A DNA stretch of 64,000 nt from Cyanobacteriota bacterium. Lineage in GTDB: Bacteria > Cyanobacteriota > Cyanobacteriia > PCC-6307 > Cyanobiaceae. Positions 47,723-58,120 of this stretch are shown here, one piece after another; the stretch's first letter is position 1, and every line of letters begins with the position of its first letter. A model generated the notes under the pieces. It saw only the letters and a list, made by a program, of their open reading frames with translations, was not told the origin of the DNA and searched no databases. A program made the position numbers and the translations under genes. The stretch lies in NCBI GenBank assembly GCA_046052125.1, contig JBJOMY010000003.1:32001-96000 (forward strand). The letters are read 5' to 3'.

Positions 47723-48352
47723 TCAGCCCCCGCCCACCAACTGCAGGCGCAGGGCGGCGATGGCCTTTTTCTGGGCTCGCTGCACCGCCATGGCGCTGAT
47801 GCCCAGCTTGAGCCCAGCGGCCCGTAGCGACAGCCCCTCCAGCAGGGTGAGCCGCAACGCAGTGGCCTGTGGGGCTGGCAGCTGCTCGACCAGCTGCTCC
47901 ACGGCCAGCTCCTCAGCCCCAAGGCCTGAGGCCAGCTCGGCTGCAGGAGCTTCCAGCTGATCGAGCAGAGAGTGCTCGCCTTCCACCTGGACATCGAGGC
48001 TGACGTGGCCCAGCGGGCAGGTGCCCTTCTCGTGCTGCCGGCGGGAGATGCGCACCAGCCGCACTCGATCGCGCAGGTGGTGGTGCAGCGCCCCGGTGAT
48101 GCAGCGACGCAGATAGGGCTCCGCCGGCTCGCCGGGCTTGCAGCGCGGCACCGAGCGCAGCAGGGCCTCGCGGGCCACCTGGATCAGATCATCCCGCTCC
48201 ACCAGCGGGAACAGGCGCCGGGCCATGACGGAGGCGATGGCATCAGCCAGTGGCAGGTGCTGCAGCACCAGGGCATCGCGCGCAGCAAGGGATGCAGCCG
48301 GCAGGGCAGAGGCCTGCGGCTGGCGCCGGGACGGGGAAGCAAGGGCAGCCAT
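47723..48352 (-). CDS. SigF-like sigma factor (sigma2+sigma4, sigma3 largely deleted)
   Basis: RDALVLQHLPLA..DDLIQVAREAL..ITGALHHHLRD; VSLD; LP..EGLSLRAAGLKLGISAMAVQR. Confidence 0.85.
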   Translation of the reverse strand: MAALASPSRRQPQASALPAASLAARDALVLQHLPLADAIASVMARRLFPLVERDDLIQVAREALLRSVPRCKPGEPAEPYLRRCITGALHHHLRDRVRLVRISRRQHEKGTCPLGHVSLDVQVEGEHSLLDQLEAPAAELASGLGAEELAVEQLVEQLPAPQATALRLTLLEGLSLRAAGLKLGISAMAVQRAQKKAIAALRLQLVGGG

Positions 48353-48360
48353 CGGAGGGA

Positions 48361-48500
48361 CGGCACACAACCCCACCCCCAACGGCCGGCCGGATCGCCG
48401 CGGCAAGGACGCACCGCCGAGGCAGGGCCTCAAGGGGCGCCAGGCCTGATCCTTGCCATGGCGTGAGGACTGGCCAACGGGATGCGGTGGGTGTGCGCCG
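48361..48500. other. long foldback, GCAAGG/CCTTGC core family
   Basis: GGCAAGGA (48402-09) / TCCTTGCC (48450-57) with extended outer pairing. Confidence 0.55.
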
Positions 48501-48629
48501 GCTCACTGGCGGACCATTCCCATGACGTAGCAACAGCAGGCGAGGCCGCAGCTGCCCCAGCAGAAGCGGTCACTGCATGGAAGCCGCACCGGCCTGGCGT
48601 CAACGAAAGGGGGCCGCAGCCCCCAGCCC

Positions 48630-48857
48630 TCAGAAGGGCAACAGCGCCTCCAGCTCGCGATCAGCAGGCGGCTCAGGCTGCTCCGCCTGACGCTCAGTGA
48701 GCAGATCATCCAGCAGAGCTGCCAGCCGGATCAGCCCGCGGCACCAGCACTCTTCTGAAAGCCAGAGCAGCAAGCCATCGCTGCTGGCTGAGAAGTGCAG
48801 CCGGCGGGCGGCATGCAGGTGAACAGGGGTGTGAGCGGGAAGGCAAAGCGTGGCCAT
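48630..48857 (-). CDS. small hypothetical protein
   Basis: MATLCLPAH..ends LLPF; followed by a terminator-like hairpin near 48607-48629. Confidence 0.5.
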   Translation of the reverse strand: MATLCLPAHTPVHLHAARRLHFSASSDGLLLWLSEECWCRGLIRLAALLDDLLTERQAEQPEPPADRELEALLPF

Positions 48858-48887
48858 GGCGGACCCAGCGCAGGACCCCACCTCCAA

Positions 48888-48992
48888 GCGGGGCGGGGTC
48901 AAGGACCCGCGCCATTCGCTTGATGTGCCGCGTCATGCGGCACCAACGACAACCAACCGCGGGCATGGCTCCGATCCTTGACGCCGCCCCGC
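48888..48992. other. long foldback, GTCAAGG/CCTTGAC core
   Basis: GCGGGGCGGGGTCAAGGA / TCCTTGACGCCGCCCCGC, 17 of 18 complementary. Confidence 0.65.
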
Positions 48993-49027
48993 ACCATGAA
49001 GAGGCCTGCGCGGCAAGGTCAGGGGGA

Positions 49028-50035
49028 TCACTCCCCCCCGCTCTCGGGGCAAACCAGATCGGCCGCTTTGCGGGCATCGCTGAGCACCTGCAGCAGCACC
49101 CGCGGCGACTCTTTGAGCAGCTCCACCCAGTGGCCCAGGTAGGCGGCGTGATTGGCCATGGCACTGCCGATCTCCAAGCGATCACCGAGCAGCACCGCCC
49201 CCAGCTCGGCCACCAGCTCTTCTCGGGCATAGGCCCGGCCGCCATCGCCTGCTTTGCCCATGCCGCCGGAGAGATCACGGGCCAGCCGGGAGCTGTGGCC
49301 TGTGGAATGGATCACCTCATGGGCCCAGGTGGCATAGAGGGCCCCTGCCGAGTGGAAGGCGGTGCGATCAGGGAGCTGGATGCGATCGGGCACCGGCAGG
49401 TAGCAGGCCCGATCTCCTGCAAAGCTCACGGGCACCGGCCAGGTGCTGAGCACCGCCTCAGCATCAGCCAGCCGCTCCGGCTCGGGCCGCCGCACGGCCC
49501 CCTCGGCCTGGCGGCGCTTCTGGATCAGCGCCTCCAGAGCCTCGCCTTCCAGATCGGCGGCATTGAATAGTGCCACCGGCCGATAGCTGACCCAGCTGGG
49601 GCCAGGCTGAACCGACTGCTGGCCATCGGCGCCAGGTAATACCTGGCCACCCTGAGCAACTGAGCCCGGCTCCGCCAGACGGCTTTCGACTCCCAGATGC
49701 ACCTGGGGCCGCAGCACATGCACCGCTTTGCTGCCCTTACGGGGAAAGATCCCCAGGGCCTTGGCCTCCGAGAAGCCACACCAGTAAGGCAGGGCTGATT
49801 CCCGCAGGTGCATGCCCAGGGTGAGCAGTGCCGGGTTTGCTCCACGGTAGCGGCGGCCGGAGAGCAGATTCACGTGATGGCCCCCCGAGGCGGCATCCCA
49901 CTCCCGCCTCCAAGGGGTGGTGCCGGCCTCCAGCAGGGCGACCAGGGAGGCCACCAGCTTCTCCTCAGGGGAGACCTTGGCAGCAGCAGCTCCCTTGGCT
50001 GGCCGGGCGGAACGGGATGGTGAGGCAACAGCCAC
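49028..50035 (-). CDS. ardC: ArdC antirestriction protein (ssDNA-binding + zincin-like domain)
   Basis: LEAGTTPWRREW, N..SGRRYRGAN, ACY.P..DRIQLP, TWAHEVIHSTGH..RL.R, YAREELVAELGA, HAAYL..W; GTG start inferred. Confidence 0.92.
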   Translation of the reverse strand: MAVASPSRSARPAKGAAAAKVSPEEKLVASLVALLEAGTTPWRREWDAASGGHHVNLLSGRRYRGANPALLTLGMHLRESALPYWCGFSEAKALGIFPRKGSKAVHVLRPQVHLGVESRLAEPGSVAQGGQVLPGADGQQSVQPGPSWVSYRPVALFNAADLEGEALEALIQKRRQAEGAVRRPEPERLADAEAVLSTWPVPVSFAGDRACYLPVPDRIQLPDRTAFHSAGALYATWAHEVIHSTGHSSRLARDLSGGMGKAGDGGRAYAREELVAELGAVLLGDRLEIGSAMANHAAYLGHWVELLKESPRVLLQVLSDARKAADLVCPESGGE

Positions 50036-50040
50036 GGATG

Positions 50041-50192
50041 GACAAGCGCAGGACCGCAAGCGCCAGCGCGGCCAGCGGCAAGGGCCGGCCAGGACACTCA
50101 TGGAACAAGTGCCACCGGTGTTTCATCGTCCGTGGCGGGCCGGCTTGCGAAGCCCTTGCGCGGCCGCGCACGCTGAGGATTCCTGCGCGTCG
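50041..50192. other. long foldback upstream of ardC
   Basis: GCGCAGGA/TCCTGCGC, GCGCGGCC/GGCCGCGC and GCAAGGGC/GCCCTTGC nested pairs. Confidence 0.6.
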
Positions 50193-50225
50193 TTTTCCCC
50201 AATGACAGGGTCGGTGTTGGGTGGG

Positions 50226-50798
50226 CTATGGAACTTCGTTGCTATGGCTCCTGGAGAAGCGCATCACGATGGGCGGCTGGAAAGGGGTGAGCTGCTGAGC
50301 GATGGCCTCGAGAAAAGCCACCAGGATCGTGATCAGCAGGATGTAGTCGCGCAGAGATGGATCCTTGGGAACATGGTCAGCCAGTAACGGCTCCAAGATT
50401 CCCCACAGGGGGTTGGCACGGGCGTCCTTATAGACCTCCTGCAATCGCGCGCGATGTGCAGGATCATCGAGCGATGCCGTCTCCGTGGAGTGGGCAAAGG
50501 CATTGCGCAGTTTGCGCAGGGCGTTGAGGGCTCGTTCGATGGGTGGATCAATCAGCCCCAGACGGCTGGCCAAGGCCACTTTGGAGCCGAGGGATCCCAG
50601 GGGGCGATCCGGCAGAAATAACCCATCTTTCTTGTCGGTGGCTGGGGCCATCACCGCCTGCAGCAGGTGCTCCAGGGCCGCATCCACCCGGGCCACGCCC
50701 ACCAGCACCGCACCACGGCCCCGCTCTTCCAGCATCTGCAGGGCGATCTGCTGGGCGGCCTGGGCAACGGCAATAGTGCTGGGGTCGGTAGCCATCAC
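50226..50798 (-). CDS. MtlR-like / HEPN-like protein
   Basis: RGAVLVG..VD.ALE.LL, PLGSLGSKV..A.RLGLI, LRKLRNAFAH (R-x4-H); overlaps the hsdR stop. Confidence 0.7.
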   Translation of the reverse strand: MMATDPSTIAVAQAAQQIALQMLEERGRGAVLVGVARVDAALEHLLQAVMAPATDKKDGLFLPDRPLGSLGSKVALASRLGLIDPPIERALNALRKLRNAFAHSTETASLDDPAHRARLQEVYKDARANPLWGILEPLLADHVPKDPSLRDYILLITILVAFLEAIAQQLTPFQPPIVMRFSRSHSNEVP

Positions 50799-53700
50799 GA
50801 GGAGGACGCTCCTGCGCGTTCACGCAGCTCTTCATAGAGGCCTGTCTGGTTGAGCAGTACCTCCTTCATGCCGTTGCGGATGGACTCGGAGCCCAGGGCC
50901 TGACTGCTCATCGATTGATGGGCATCGAGGGCGCTGATGATGGCGTCCATCAGGGCCGTGCCCAGATCCGGCGACGCGCCAAATTGCTCCTTGCTGTTGG
51001 CGGAGGCCTGTTGCTGCAGGGTGGTGGATTCAAGCAACTTGCCCCGAATCACCGCCTGCACATAGGTCACCTTGTCCTCATCGGTGAGGTCGCCGGTGAA
51101 GAGGTCGTTGAGCTTGGCGATGATTTCGGAGAGCAAGGCCTTGTCTTTGTCCTGCACCGAACCGCCACCTGGGTTGAGGCCCGCCAGCTTCTCGGCATCG
51201 CCCTGGGCCAGGTCGAGCCGTCGTTGCCCCTTGTTGCGCAGGTGATGGTGCGTCAGCACCACCTTGCTCAGGTCCACCGTGGACACCTCCCGCTCGAATT
51301 CCAAGAGCGGTAGCAGCCGCTTGAACACCATCGCCCGCTTCTCGAGAGCCGTGTTGCCGTAGTCGAAGATCTGGCAGAGGAAGGTGTAGAAGCGCACGTA
51401 GGTGCCCATGTCGCTTCTGAACAGGGTCAAGGCATCCAACTCATCCTTGGCGGCCTTGATGCCGTCGGGGTCGTTGATGTCTTCCGCTTGGCGCATGGCC
51501 TGCCTGGCTTCTCTGTAGGCATTCATCAGCCGCTGGGCGATCGGCTCCAGAGCGCCGATCAGCTGGCTCTGCTTGGCGTTGGGGTCGAGTAGCACCTTCA
51601 CCACGCGGTCCACCTCGAACTCGTCGTAGTGACCCTGGCTGTCGAGCTTGGCCTTGAGGTTGAAGATCAGGTCTGGATCAGTGGCCTCGGCCAGCTCAGC
51701 GGTTTCGTAGTAGGCCTTGAAGGCGGCGAGGATGTCGTCGGGTTCGTTGGCGAAGTCCACCACGTAGGTGGTGGTTTTGCCGGGGTGGCAGCGGTTCAGG
51801 CGAGAGAGGGTCTGCACCGCCTGAATGCCGGAGAGGCGGCGATCCACATACATGCCGCAGAGCAGCGGCTGATCGAAGCCCGTCTGGAACTTGTTGGCCA
51901 CCAGCAGGATCTGGAACTCATCGCCCTTGAATGCCTCACGGATGTCGCCCTTCATGCCGGGGTTGAGGGTGCTGCTGCGCTCGGTGAAGGGTTCAGGGCC
52001 GGATTCGGCGTCGTTCACCTCACCGCTGAAGGCCACCAGGGTGCCCAGCGGGTAGCCCTTGTCTTTGATGTACTTGTCGATCGCCAGCTTCCAGCGCACG
52101 GCTTCTTTTCTGGAGCCCACCACCACCATCGCCTTGGCCTTGCCATCGAGCAGCGGAGCGACGAACTTGAGGAAGTGCTCCACGATGATCTGCACCTTCT
52201 GGGCGATGTTGTGCGGGTGAAGCTTCACCCAGCCCATCAGCTTCTTCTTGGCGGCACTCCGCTCCACCTCCTCGTCACTCACGCTTTGGCCGCCCTGAGC
52301 AAGGCGGAAGGCCAGTGAGTACGAGGTGTAGTTCTGCAGGACATCGAGGATGAAGCCCTCTTCAATCGCCTGCCGCATTGAGTAGACGTGGAACGGCTCA
52401 GGCAGGTTCCCGTCACCGGCTGGCTCGTTGGGGTTAGGCCGTCGACCGAACAGCTCCAGGGTCTTTGCTTTGGGCGTGGCGGTGAATGCCACGTAGGTGA
52501 TGCCGTTCTCCTTGACCCGGTCGGCCATTTGAGCGGCCAGGACCTCGTCCATACCAACCTCGCCACCGTCGGCAAGGTCAGCTGCTTCTGAGGCACTGAG
52601 CACCTTCTTGAGCTTCTCAGCGGCCTGTCCCGTCTGGGAGCTGTGGGCCTCGTCGGCAATCACGGCAAACCGCTTGCCTTCCGTGGCCGTGAGCTCTCGG
52701 ACGGCTTCGAGGGCAAAGGGAAAGGTCTGAATCGTGCAGACCACAACCTTCTTGTCGCCGCTCAGGGCCTGGGCCAGCTTCCCGCTCTTGCTGCCGTCTT
52801 CGCTCGTAATCGAAGCGACGACACCTTTTTTCCGCTCAAACGACTCCAGGGCCTCCTGCAGCTGGGTGTCGATCACGTTGCGGTCGCTGACCACCAACAC
52901 CGAGTCGAAGACCTTTTTGTTCTCAGCGTCGTGGAGCTCGGAGAAGAAGTGGGCTGTCCAGGCAATGGAGTTCGTTTTGCCAGAGCCGGCCGAGTGTTGA
53001 ATCAGGTACTTCTGCCCTGGCCCTTCACTCCGCACGGCGTCCTGAAGCAGGCGGGTGACAACGAGCTGGTGGTAGCGGGGGAAGAGCACCCGAGACACCT
53101 GCTTCTTCTTGTTCCGCTCGGCAATGCAGTAGCGACCAAGGATTTCCAGCCAGCTCTCCCGCTCCCACACCTCCTGCCATAGGTAGTCAGTGGGGTAGCC
53201 GGGGCCGTCGGGCACCGGGTTGCCGGCCCCACAGTTCTTGCCGCCAGGGTCGCTGCCTTTGTTGAAGGGCAAGAACACCGTTGCAGGGCCAGCGAGCTTC
53301 GTAGTCATGCGGACTTCGCGGGTGCTCACGGCAAAGTGCACCAGCGCACCGCTGGGGAAGCTCAGAAGCGGTTCAGGTGTTTTGCCGGCGAGCTGAGGCA
53401 GGCGGTCGGTCTTGTATTGCCACACCGCGTCTTCTATCGACTGGGTGTTGTCGGTCTTCAGTTCGACCGTGGCGACCGGAATGCCATTGAGGAAGAGCAC
53501 CAGGTCGATGCAGTTCTCGTTGTGCAGCGAGTACCGCACCTGGCGAACGACTCGCAGGCGGTTGGCGTTGTAGCGGGCCAGGATTTCTGGGTTGAGGCCC
53601 AGGGCGGGTTTGAACTCCGCCAGCTTGAGGGCCTTGGGCAGACCCATGACCTCGATGCCATTGCGAAGCAGGTCGAGCGTTCCTTGCTGGTCGAGCTGTT

Positions 53701-53926
53701 CGCGAACACGTTGGAGAAGAGAAGCCTCCGCCTTGCTTCCGTTCTTCTGCTTGTAGGTCTTCCAGAGATCGCTCTGGGATTCTTCCAGCCAGGCGGTCAG
53801 GTCTGGCGGGTAGAGGGCCAGCTTGCGGTCGTAGTTGTCAGCTGTCTTGTCTTCGTAGAGCCACCCGTGGCTGCCGAGGTACTCGCAGACCTCCTTCTCG
53901 AAGGCGGATTCGAGGTGGACGCTCAT
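50795..53926 (-). CDS. hsdR: type I restriction endonuclease subunit R
   Basis: IDLVLFLNGIPVATVELK, HSAGSGKT, DEAH, FTATP, TGFDQP, QTLSRLNR. Confidence 0.96.
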   Translation of the reverse strand: MSVHLESAFEKEVCEYLGSHGWLYEDKTADNYDRKLALYPPDLTAWLEESQSDLWKTYKQKNGSKAEASLLQRVREQLDQQGTLDLLRNGIEVMGLPKALKLAEFKPALGLNPEILARYNANRLRVVRQVRYSLHNENCIDLVLFLNGIPVATVELKTDNTQSIEDAVWQYKTDRLPQLAGKTPEPLLSFPSGALVHFAVSTREVRMTTKLAGPATVFLPFNKGSDPGGKNCGAGNPVPDGPGYPTDYLWQEVWERESWLEILGRYCIAERNKKKQVSRVLFPRYHQLVVTRLLQDAVRSEGPGQKYLIQHSAGSGKTNSIAWTAHFFSELHDAENKKVFDSVLVVSDRNVIDTQLQEALESFERKKGVVASITSEDGSKSGKLAQALSGDKKVVVCTIQTFPFALEAVRELTATEGKRFAVIADEAHSSQTGQAAEKLKKVLSASEAADLADGGEVGMDEVLAAQMADRVKENGITYVAFTATPKAKTLELFGRRPNPNEPAGDGNLPEPFHVYSMRQAIEEGFILDVLQNYTSYSLAFRLAQGGQSVSDEEVERSAAKKKLMGWVKLHPHNIAQKVQIIVEHFLKFVAPLLDGKAKAMVVVGSRKEAVRWKLAIDKYIKDKGYPLGTLVAFSGEVNDAESGPEPFTERSSTLNPGMKGDIREAFKGDEFQILLVANKFQTGFDQPLLCGMYVDRRLSGIQAVQTLSRLNRCHPGKTTTYVVDFANEPDDILAAFKAYYETAELAEATDPDLIFNLKAKLDSQGHYDEFEVDRVVKVLLDPNAKQSQLIGALEPIAQRLMNAYREARQAMRQAEDINDPDGIKAAKDELDALTLFRSDMGTYVRFYTFLCQIFDYGNTALEKRAMVFKRLLPLLEFEREVSTVDLSKVVLTHHHLRNKGQRRLDLAQGDAEKLAGLNPGGGSVQDKDKALLSEIIAKLNDLFTGDLTDEDKVTYVQAVIRGKLLESTTLQQQASANSKEQFGASPDLGTALMDAIISALDAHQSMSSQALGSESIRNGMKEVLLNQTGLYEELRERAGASSS

Positions 53927-54801
53927 GGATTGCTGGCCTCCGGCTCTCGAATCAGCTCATGCAGGGTTTGTCCTTGTGGGCTCTTCCATTCCTTCCACCC
54001 GTTGGCGGTGCGACCGAGCAAGGCAATGGCAGCACCGCTTGGGGACTTGAACAAGTGGTCTTTCGGGAATACCAGGTGGCCCTTGTCATCAGGTTGCATG
54101 ACACCGCTGTCCAAGAGCCGTTGTCTCCACCGCTCATTCGTCTCCCCGAGGGAGGGAGCTGTGTCTACACGGCCGACAGAACCGGCCAGCACGACGAAGC
54201 CTTCCGCTGTGTAGAGGCCCTTCGCTTCCACTCCGTTTGAGGGGCTTCGGAGGCTGAAGACTTCCGCTGGCTCTTCGCTCTGCTTGGGCTTAGCTACAGG
54301 GTCAAACAGCGGGTAGCCAAGGCTTGAGACAAGGACGCTGCCCGTCTCAAACACTTCAAAGCACTCGGCTTCCAGCGGAGCTGGGGTGTGCGGCCTAGAG
54401 CCGCTGTTGCCATTCTCATCAGCAAAGCGACCGGCAGTTCGAATCTGCTGGAGGGAATGCCACTCCAAGAACAGAGCGTGGGTCTGCGTGAGACTGTTGG
54501 TCCTCGAGACAAGGACCAAGGCCCGCTCCCAGAAGTCCTTCTTCTGGTTGTGGGCTGTCAGGCGAGCACGCAGGTCGCCGGTCTGCCCGACGTACACCAG
54601 ACGGTCGCCATCTTCTGTGTCTTCCCCAATCAGGAAGTAGACACCGACTTGAGAGCTTTGCTCCATAGATAGGAAGCTGCTCAGTAGGCTCCGTGGCACC
54701 TCAATGACTTGGACAATCCGGGTGGTTATCTCCGCGATGCGAATGCCGTGAGGCTCGCCGCTTGGCAGGAAGATTTGGATGGTCTTGGGTGTAGCGGTCA
54801 T
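53923..54801 (-). CDS. GIY-YIG nuclease with DUF4357
   Basis: GVYFL..VYVGQT..RL..H..KDFW; C-terminal F.KD.LFKSPSGAA..LGRTANGWKEWK. Confidence 0.88.
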   Translation of the reverse strand: MTATPKTIQIFLPSGEPHGIRIAEITTRIVQVIEVPRSLLSSFLSMEQSSQVGVYFLIGEDTEDGDRLVYVGQTGDLRARLTAHNQKKDFWERALVLVSRTNSLTQTHALFLEWHSLQQIRTAGRFADENGNSGSRPHTPAPLEAECFEVFETGSVLVSSLGYPLFDPVAKPKQSEEPAEVFSLRSPSNGVEAKGLYTAEGFVVLAGSVGRVDTAPSLGETNERWRQRLLDSGVMQPDDKGHLVFPKDHLFKSPSGAAIALLGRTANGWKEWKSPQGQTLHELIREPEASNP

Positions 54802-56132
54802 TGCTCGACAGGCTCCTCTTCCACTAGCCCTCGGACATCTATCTGGCCGGTTACAGCAGCGGAGATGAGAGCTGAGCGGCGCTCTTGAAGGAGGCTCAAG
54901 ACGTTTTGCAACGCTTCGATTACTTGGTCTTGAGCGGCAACTTTCTTTCGGACTTCTGCAACTATCACTGCCTGCTCCTCGAGCGGAGGCAATGCTGACC
55001 TAAAAGAGTAGATATCTGGCATGTAAATCGTGTTATGAGTAGATCCGTACTTAAGCCGCTCGAACTCGCTCTTCATCCCCCTAAAAATGAGCAATAAGAA
55101 CTCGGGAAGAAGCTTTGGTCCGCAAATCCAGTTCACAAAGTCCTGAGTGGTCGCCATTTCTTCGCCCAGTATCCCCGAATACCCAACACTTGCTGTTCTA
55201 GAGAGAATGACGGTTCCTTTGGGTAGAAGGCGTGCGGCAGAGTTGTCCAGGCCCGCCTGGCTCACCCTTTCTTTTGTCCCGTATACATAATCGGTTTTCC
55301 CGGGTCTTATTTGCCAGACATCAGAAAGAGTAAACCACGGGAAAACGCACTCTTCTTGAATCCAGTAGTTTTCTACTGCCCTGCTCGGCGTGTGTCCCGA
55401 TTCAATGCGGGCAGCAAGTCTCAGTGGTGTTACTACCCAATGCTCCGGAACCTCTCCCAGCCACTCCACTCCCGAATCCTTCATCGGTGCATTCGGGTTC
55501 AGTCCCTTGGTCACCGCATGTGAGATGACCGCCTGCCTCTTCTCTTGTAGCAGCTCAATCAGGCGTTGCTGCTCGGCGATAAGGGCATCAATCTTGGTGG
55601 TTTCGCGGTCGAGGAAGCTGGCAATCTTTGCCTGCTCTGACTCCTCGGGAATGGGGACACTTATTGCGCCTAGATCACTCTTTGTTATATGAACCATCCC
55701 GATTATGCCGTGTGCTTGGTCTTCCACGTGCGCTGTAACGGCCTTGAGTATCCAGTAGAGCTCTCGCTTCTCTATGTCCCGAGCAACAACACGAAAGATG
55801 TGCTGATTAAGAGCGCAGACTTCCTTCCTATGCCAAATGAAGGGACCAAACGATGTACCCCTATTTCCCGACCATCCAAACAGTAGGTCTTCTTCGTGGA
55901 CCAAATAGCGATCATCAACACCTCCATCGAAGTAGTTGAAGTCCTCGCTTCCGTTTAGGTTCTGAATTCGGATAATGGGCATTCCCGACTCGGACCACTC
56001 TTCTGGCTTGAACGCGGCTCCGTTGATAAATTCGGCAACATGCTTAAGGGGGATAGTTCGCCAATGCTCAGGCACCTCTCCCAGCCATTCCACGCTGCTG
56101 GGCTTGTAAGTCGGGTAACGAGGGAAGCTCAT
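54798..56132 (-). CDS. hsdS: type I RM specificity subunit S
   Basis: Two [11 protein letters not shown] segments, two TRDs, [19 protein letters not shown]. Confidence 0.95.
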   Translation of the reverse strand: MSFPRYPTYKPSSVEWLGEVPEHWRTIPLKHVAEFINGAAFKPEEWSESGMPIIRIQNLNGSEDFNYFDGGVDDRYLVHEEDLLFGWSGNRGTSFGPFIWHRKEVCALNQHIFRVVARDIEKRELYWILKAVTAHVEDQAHGIIGMVHITKSDLGAISVPIPEESEQAKIASFLDRETTKIDALIAEQQRLIELLQEKRQAVISHAVTKGLNPNAPMKDSGVEWLGEVPEHWVVTPLRLAARIESGHTPSRAVENYWIQEECVFPWFTLSDVWQIRPGKTDYVYGTKERVSQAGLDNSAARLLPKGTVILSRTASVGYSGILGEEMATTQDFVNWICGPKLLPEFLLLIFRGMKSEFERLKYGSTHNTIYMPDIYSFRSALPPLEEQAVIVAEVRKKVAAQDQVIEALQNVLSLLQERRSALISAAVTGQIDVRGLVEEEPVEQ

Positions 56133-57907
56133 GCAGACAGCCCCCCAATCATGTCCAGAATCCGGTCGGTCACCTGCTTCAACTCAGCATCTATCTCCTC
56201 CAGTGGCCTGGGCGGCGTGAAGACGTAGAAGTGCCTGTTAAAGGGAATCTCGTAGCCCTTCTTGGTCTTGCTGTGGTCAATCCAGGCATCAGGCACGTGC
56301 GGCAGTACCTCTCGCTCGAAGTAGGTCTCCACGTCTTCTGACAGCGGCACGTTCTCCGTGTCTCTCAAGCTGCTGTCGGCCTGGGGCTGTCCTTTCGCTT
56401 TGCCCCGCTGCCCTAGAACGACGTTCCCTGACTCGTCCCTCAATGGCCTCTCAACCGTGATGGTCTGGTAGCCGAAGTCCTCGTTCTTGAAGACCTTGCT
56501 GATGGGCTTCCCGTCCTTTTCTGCCTCCTCGAAGTCCCCGAACAGCTTCGTAATCTCCTCAATATGCTCGGCGGCCAACTCTTTCCGCTTACTGCCGAGG
56601 CTCTTCCGCATCTTCTGCCAGAAGCTGCTGGCGTCAATCAGCTGGACTTTGCCCTTCCTCTCTTCGGGCTTGCGGTTGCTCAGAATCCAGATGTAGGTGC
56701 TGATTCCCGTGTTGTAGAACATGTCCGTTGGCAGGGCGATAATCGCCTCCAACAAGTCGTTCTCAAGCACGTACCGGCGGATTTCACTCTCGCCTGAGCC
56801 GGCTCCTCCGGTAAACAGCGGAGAGCCATTGAGAACGATGCCGAAGCGGCAACCACCGTCCTGGGCGGGCCTCATCTTGCTGATGAGGTGCAGAAGAAAC
56901 AGCAGTGAGCCATCGCTCACTCTTGGCAAGCCAGGGCCAAAGCGGCCGCTGTAGCCCATCAGCTCAGCTTCCCGCTGGACCTCCTTCTGAATCTTCTTCC
57001 ACTCCACCCCAAACGGCGGGTTGGAGAGCATGTAGTCGTACTTCTCCTCTGGCAACTGGTCGTCCGAGAGCGTGTTGCCGAAGCAGATGCTGTTGATGTC
57101 CTGCCCCTTGATGAGCATGTCCGCCTTGCAAATGGCGTAGGACTCCGCGTTCAGTTCCTGCCCGCTCAACACCAGACGAGCGGAGGGGTTATGGCTGACC
57201 AGGTGCTCCTCGGCCACGCTGAGCATGCCGCCCGTACCCGCTGTCGGGTCGTAGAGGCTGCGGACGATGCCGGGTTGGGTCAGTGCTTCGTCGTCTTCGA
57301 TGAAGATGAGGTTCACCATCAACTTGATGACCTCACGTGGAGTGAAGTGTTCCCCGGCGGTTTCGTTCGACAGTTCCGCGAACTTCCGAATGAGCTCTTC
57401 GAACACCAACCCCATCTCGGCATTGCTCACCGTTTCGGGGTGCAGGTCAATTTGTCCGAACTTCTCGGTGACCAGGTAGAGCAGATTGGCCTTGTCCAGG
57501 CGGTCCACCTGCAGGTGGAACTCAAAGCTTTCGAAGATGTCCCGCACAGCCGGGCTGAATGCCTGGATGTAGCTCCGCAGGTTCTCGGCGATGTTGTCGC
57601 CGTCGCCCATGAGCCGCTTCATATCCAGCGGCGAGGTGTTGCAGAAGTTGTGGCCGGACTTCCGCAGCAGGAAGGGTTCGGGGTCTAGTCCCTGTTCCTC
57701 TCGCAGAGCCTTCTCCTCGAGCACCGCCGCTTTAGTCGGCTCCAGAACGCAGTCCAGTCGCCGCAGGACTGTGAACGGGAGGATGACCTTGCCGTAGTCG
57801 CTCTGCTTGTAGTCGCCCCGCAGGAGGTCGGCGACGCTCCAGATGAAGGCGGAGAGGTTTTGCTTGCCGCTGGGTTGCTGGGTGGGGGCAGCCGAGGTGG
57901 TCGTCAC
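56129..57907 (-). CDS. hsdM: type I RM methyltransferase subunit M
   Basis: [37 protein letters not shown]. Confidence 0.96.
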   Translation of the reverse strand: MTTTSAAPTQQPSGKQNLSAFIWSVADLLRGDYKQSDYGKVILPFTVLRRLDCVLEPTKAAVLEEKALREEQGLDPEPFLLRKSGHNFCNTSPLDMKRLMGDGDNIAENLRSYIQAFSPAVRDIFESFEFHLQVDRLDKANLLYLVTEKFGQIDLHPETVSNAEMGLVFEELIRKFAELSNETAGEHFTPREVIKLMVNLIFIEDDEALTQPGIVRSLYDPTAGTGGMLSVAEEHLVSHNPSARLVLSGQELNAESYAICKADMLIKGQDINSICFGNTLSDDQLPEEKYDYMLSNPPFGVEWKKIQKEVQREAELMGYSGRFGPGLPRVSDGSLLFLLHLISKMRPAQDGGCRFGIVLNGSPLFTGGAGSGESEIRRYVLENDLLEAIIALPTDMFYNTGISTYIWILSNRKPEERKGKVQLIDASSFWQKMRKSLGSKRKELAAEHIEEITKLFGDFEEAEKDGKPISKVFKNEDFGYQTITVERPLRDESGNVVLGQRGKAKGQPQADSSLRDTENVPLSEDVETYFEREVLPHVPDAWIDHSKTKKGYEIPFNRHFYVFTPPRPLEEIDAELKQVTDRILDMIGGLSA

Positions 57908-58120
57908 GGGTTCAGGGGTATGAATTGAGCCACGGGGATTGGAGCTGGGCAGGCTCCGACGCGGCAGGTTCTCGCCGAGGCACCGATCGCCTGTAGAGCA
58001 CCGATGAATACCTGCTGGGCCAGGCCTGCGTCCATGGAGCCAGCCGACAGATCACCGCTGTGTCCAGTGTGCAGCGAGTTGTAGCAGCTGCCAGCCAATC
58101 CGCAGCCTCTGAAACGCTGA

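Noticed and set aside
4672..50776. Other CGGCAAYAG copies (4672-4680 minus, 37773, 50768)
   Set aside because: Inside or antisense to genes with no nearby start; treated as background, and a caution for the promoter claim
54798..56132. hsdS shufflon
   Set aside because: The repeats are the normal direct conserved regions; no second hsdS or invertase
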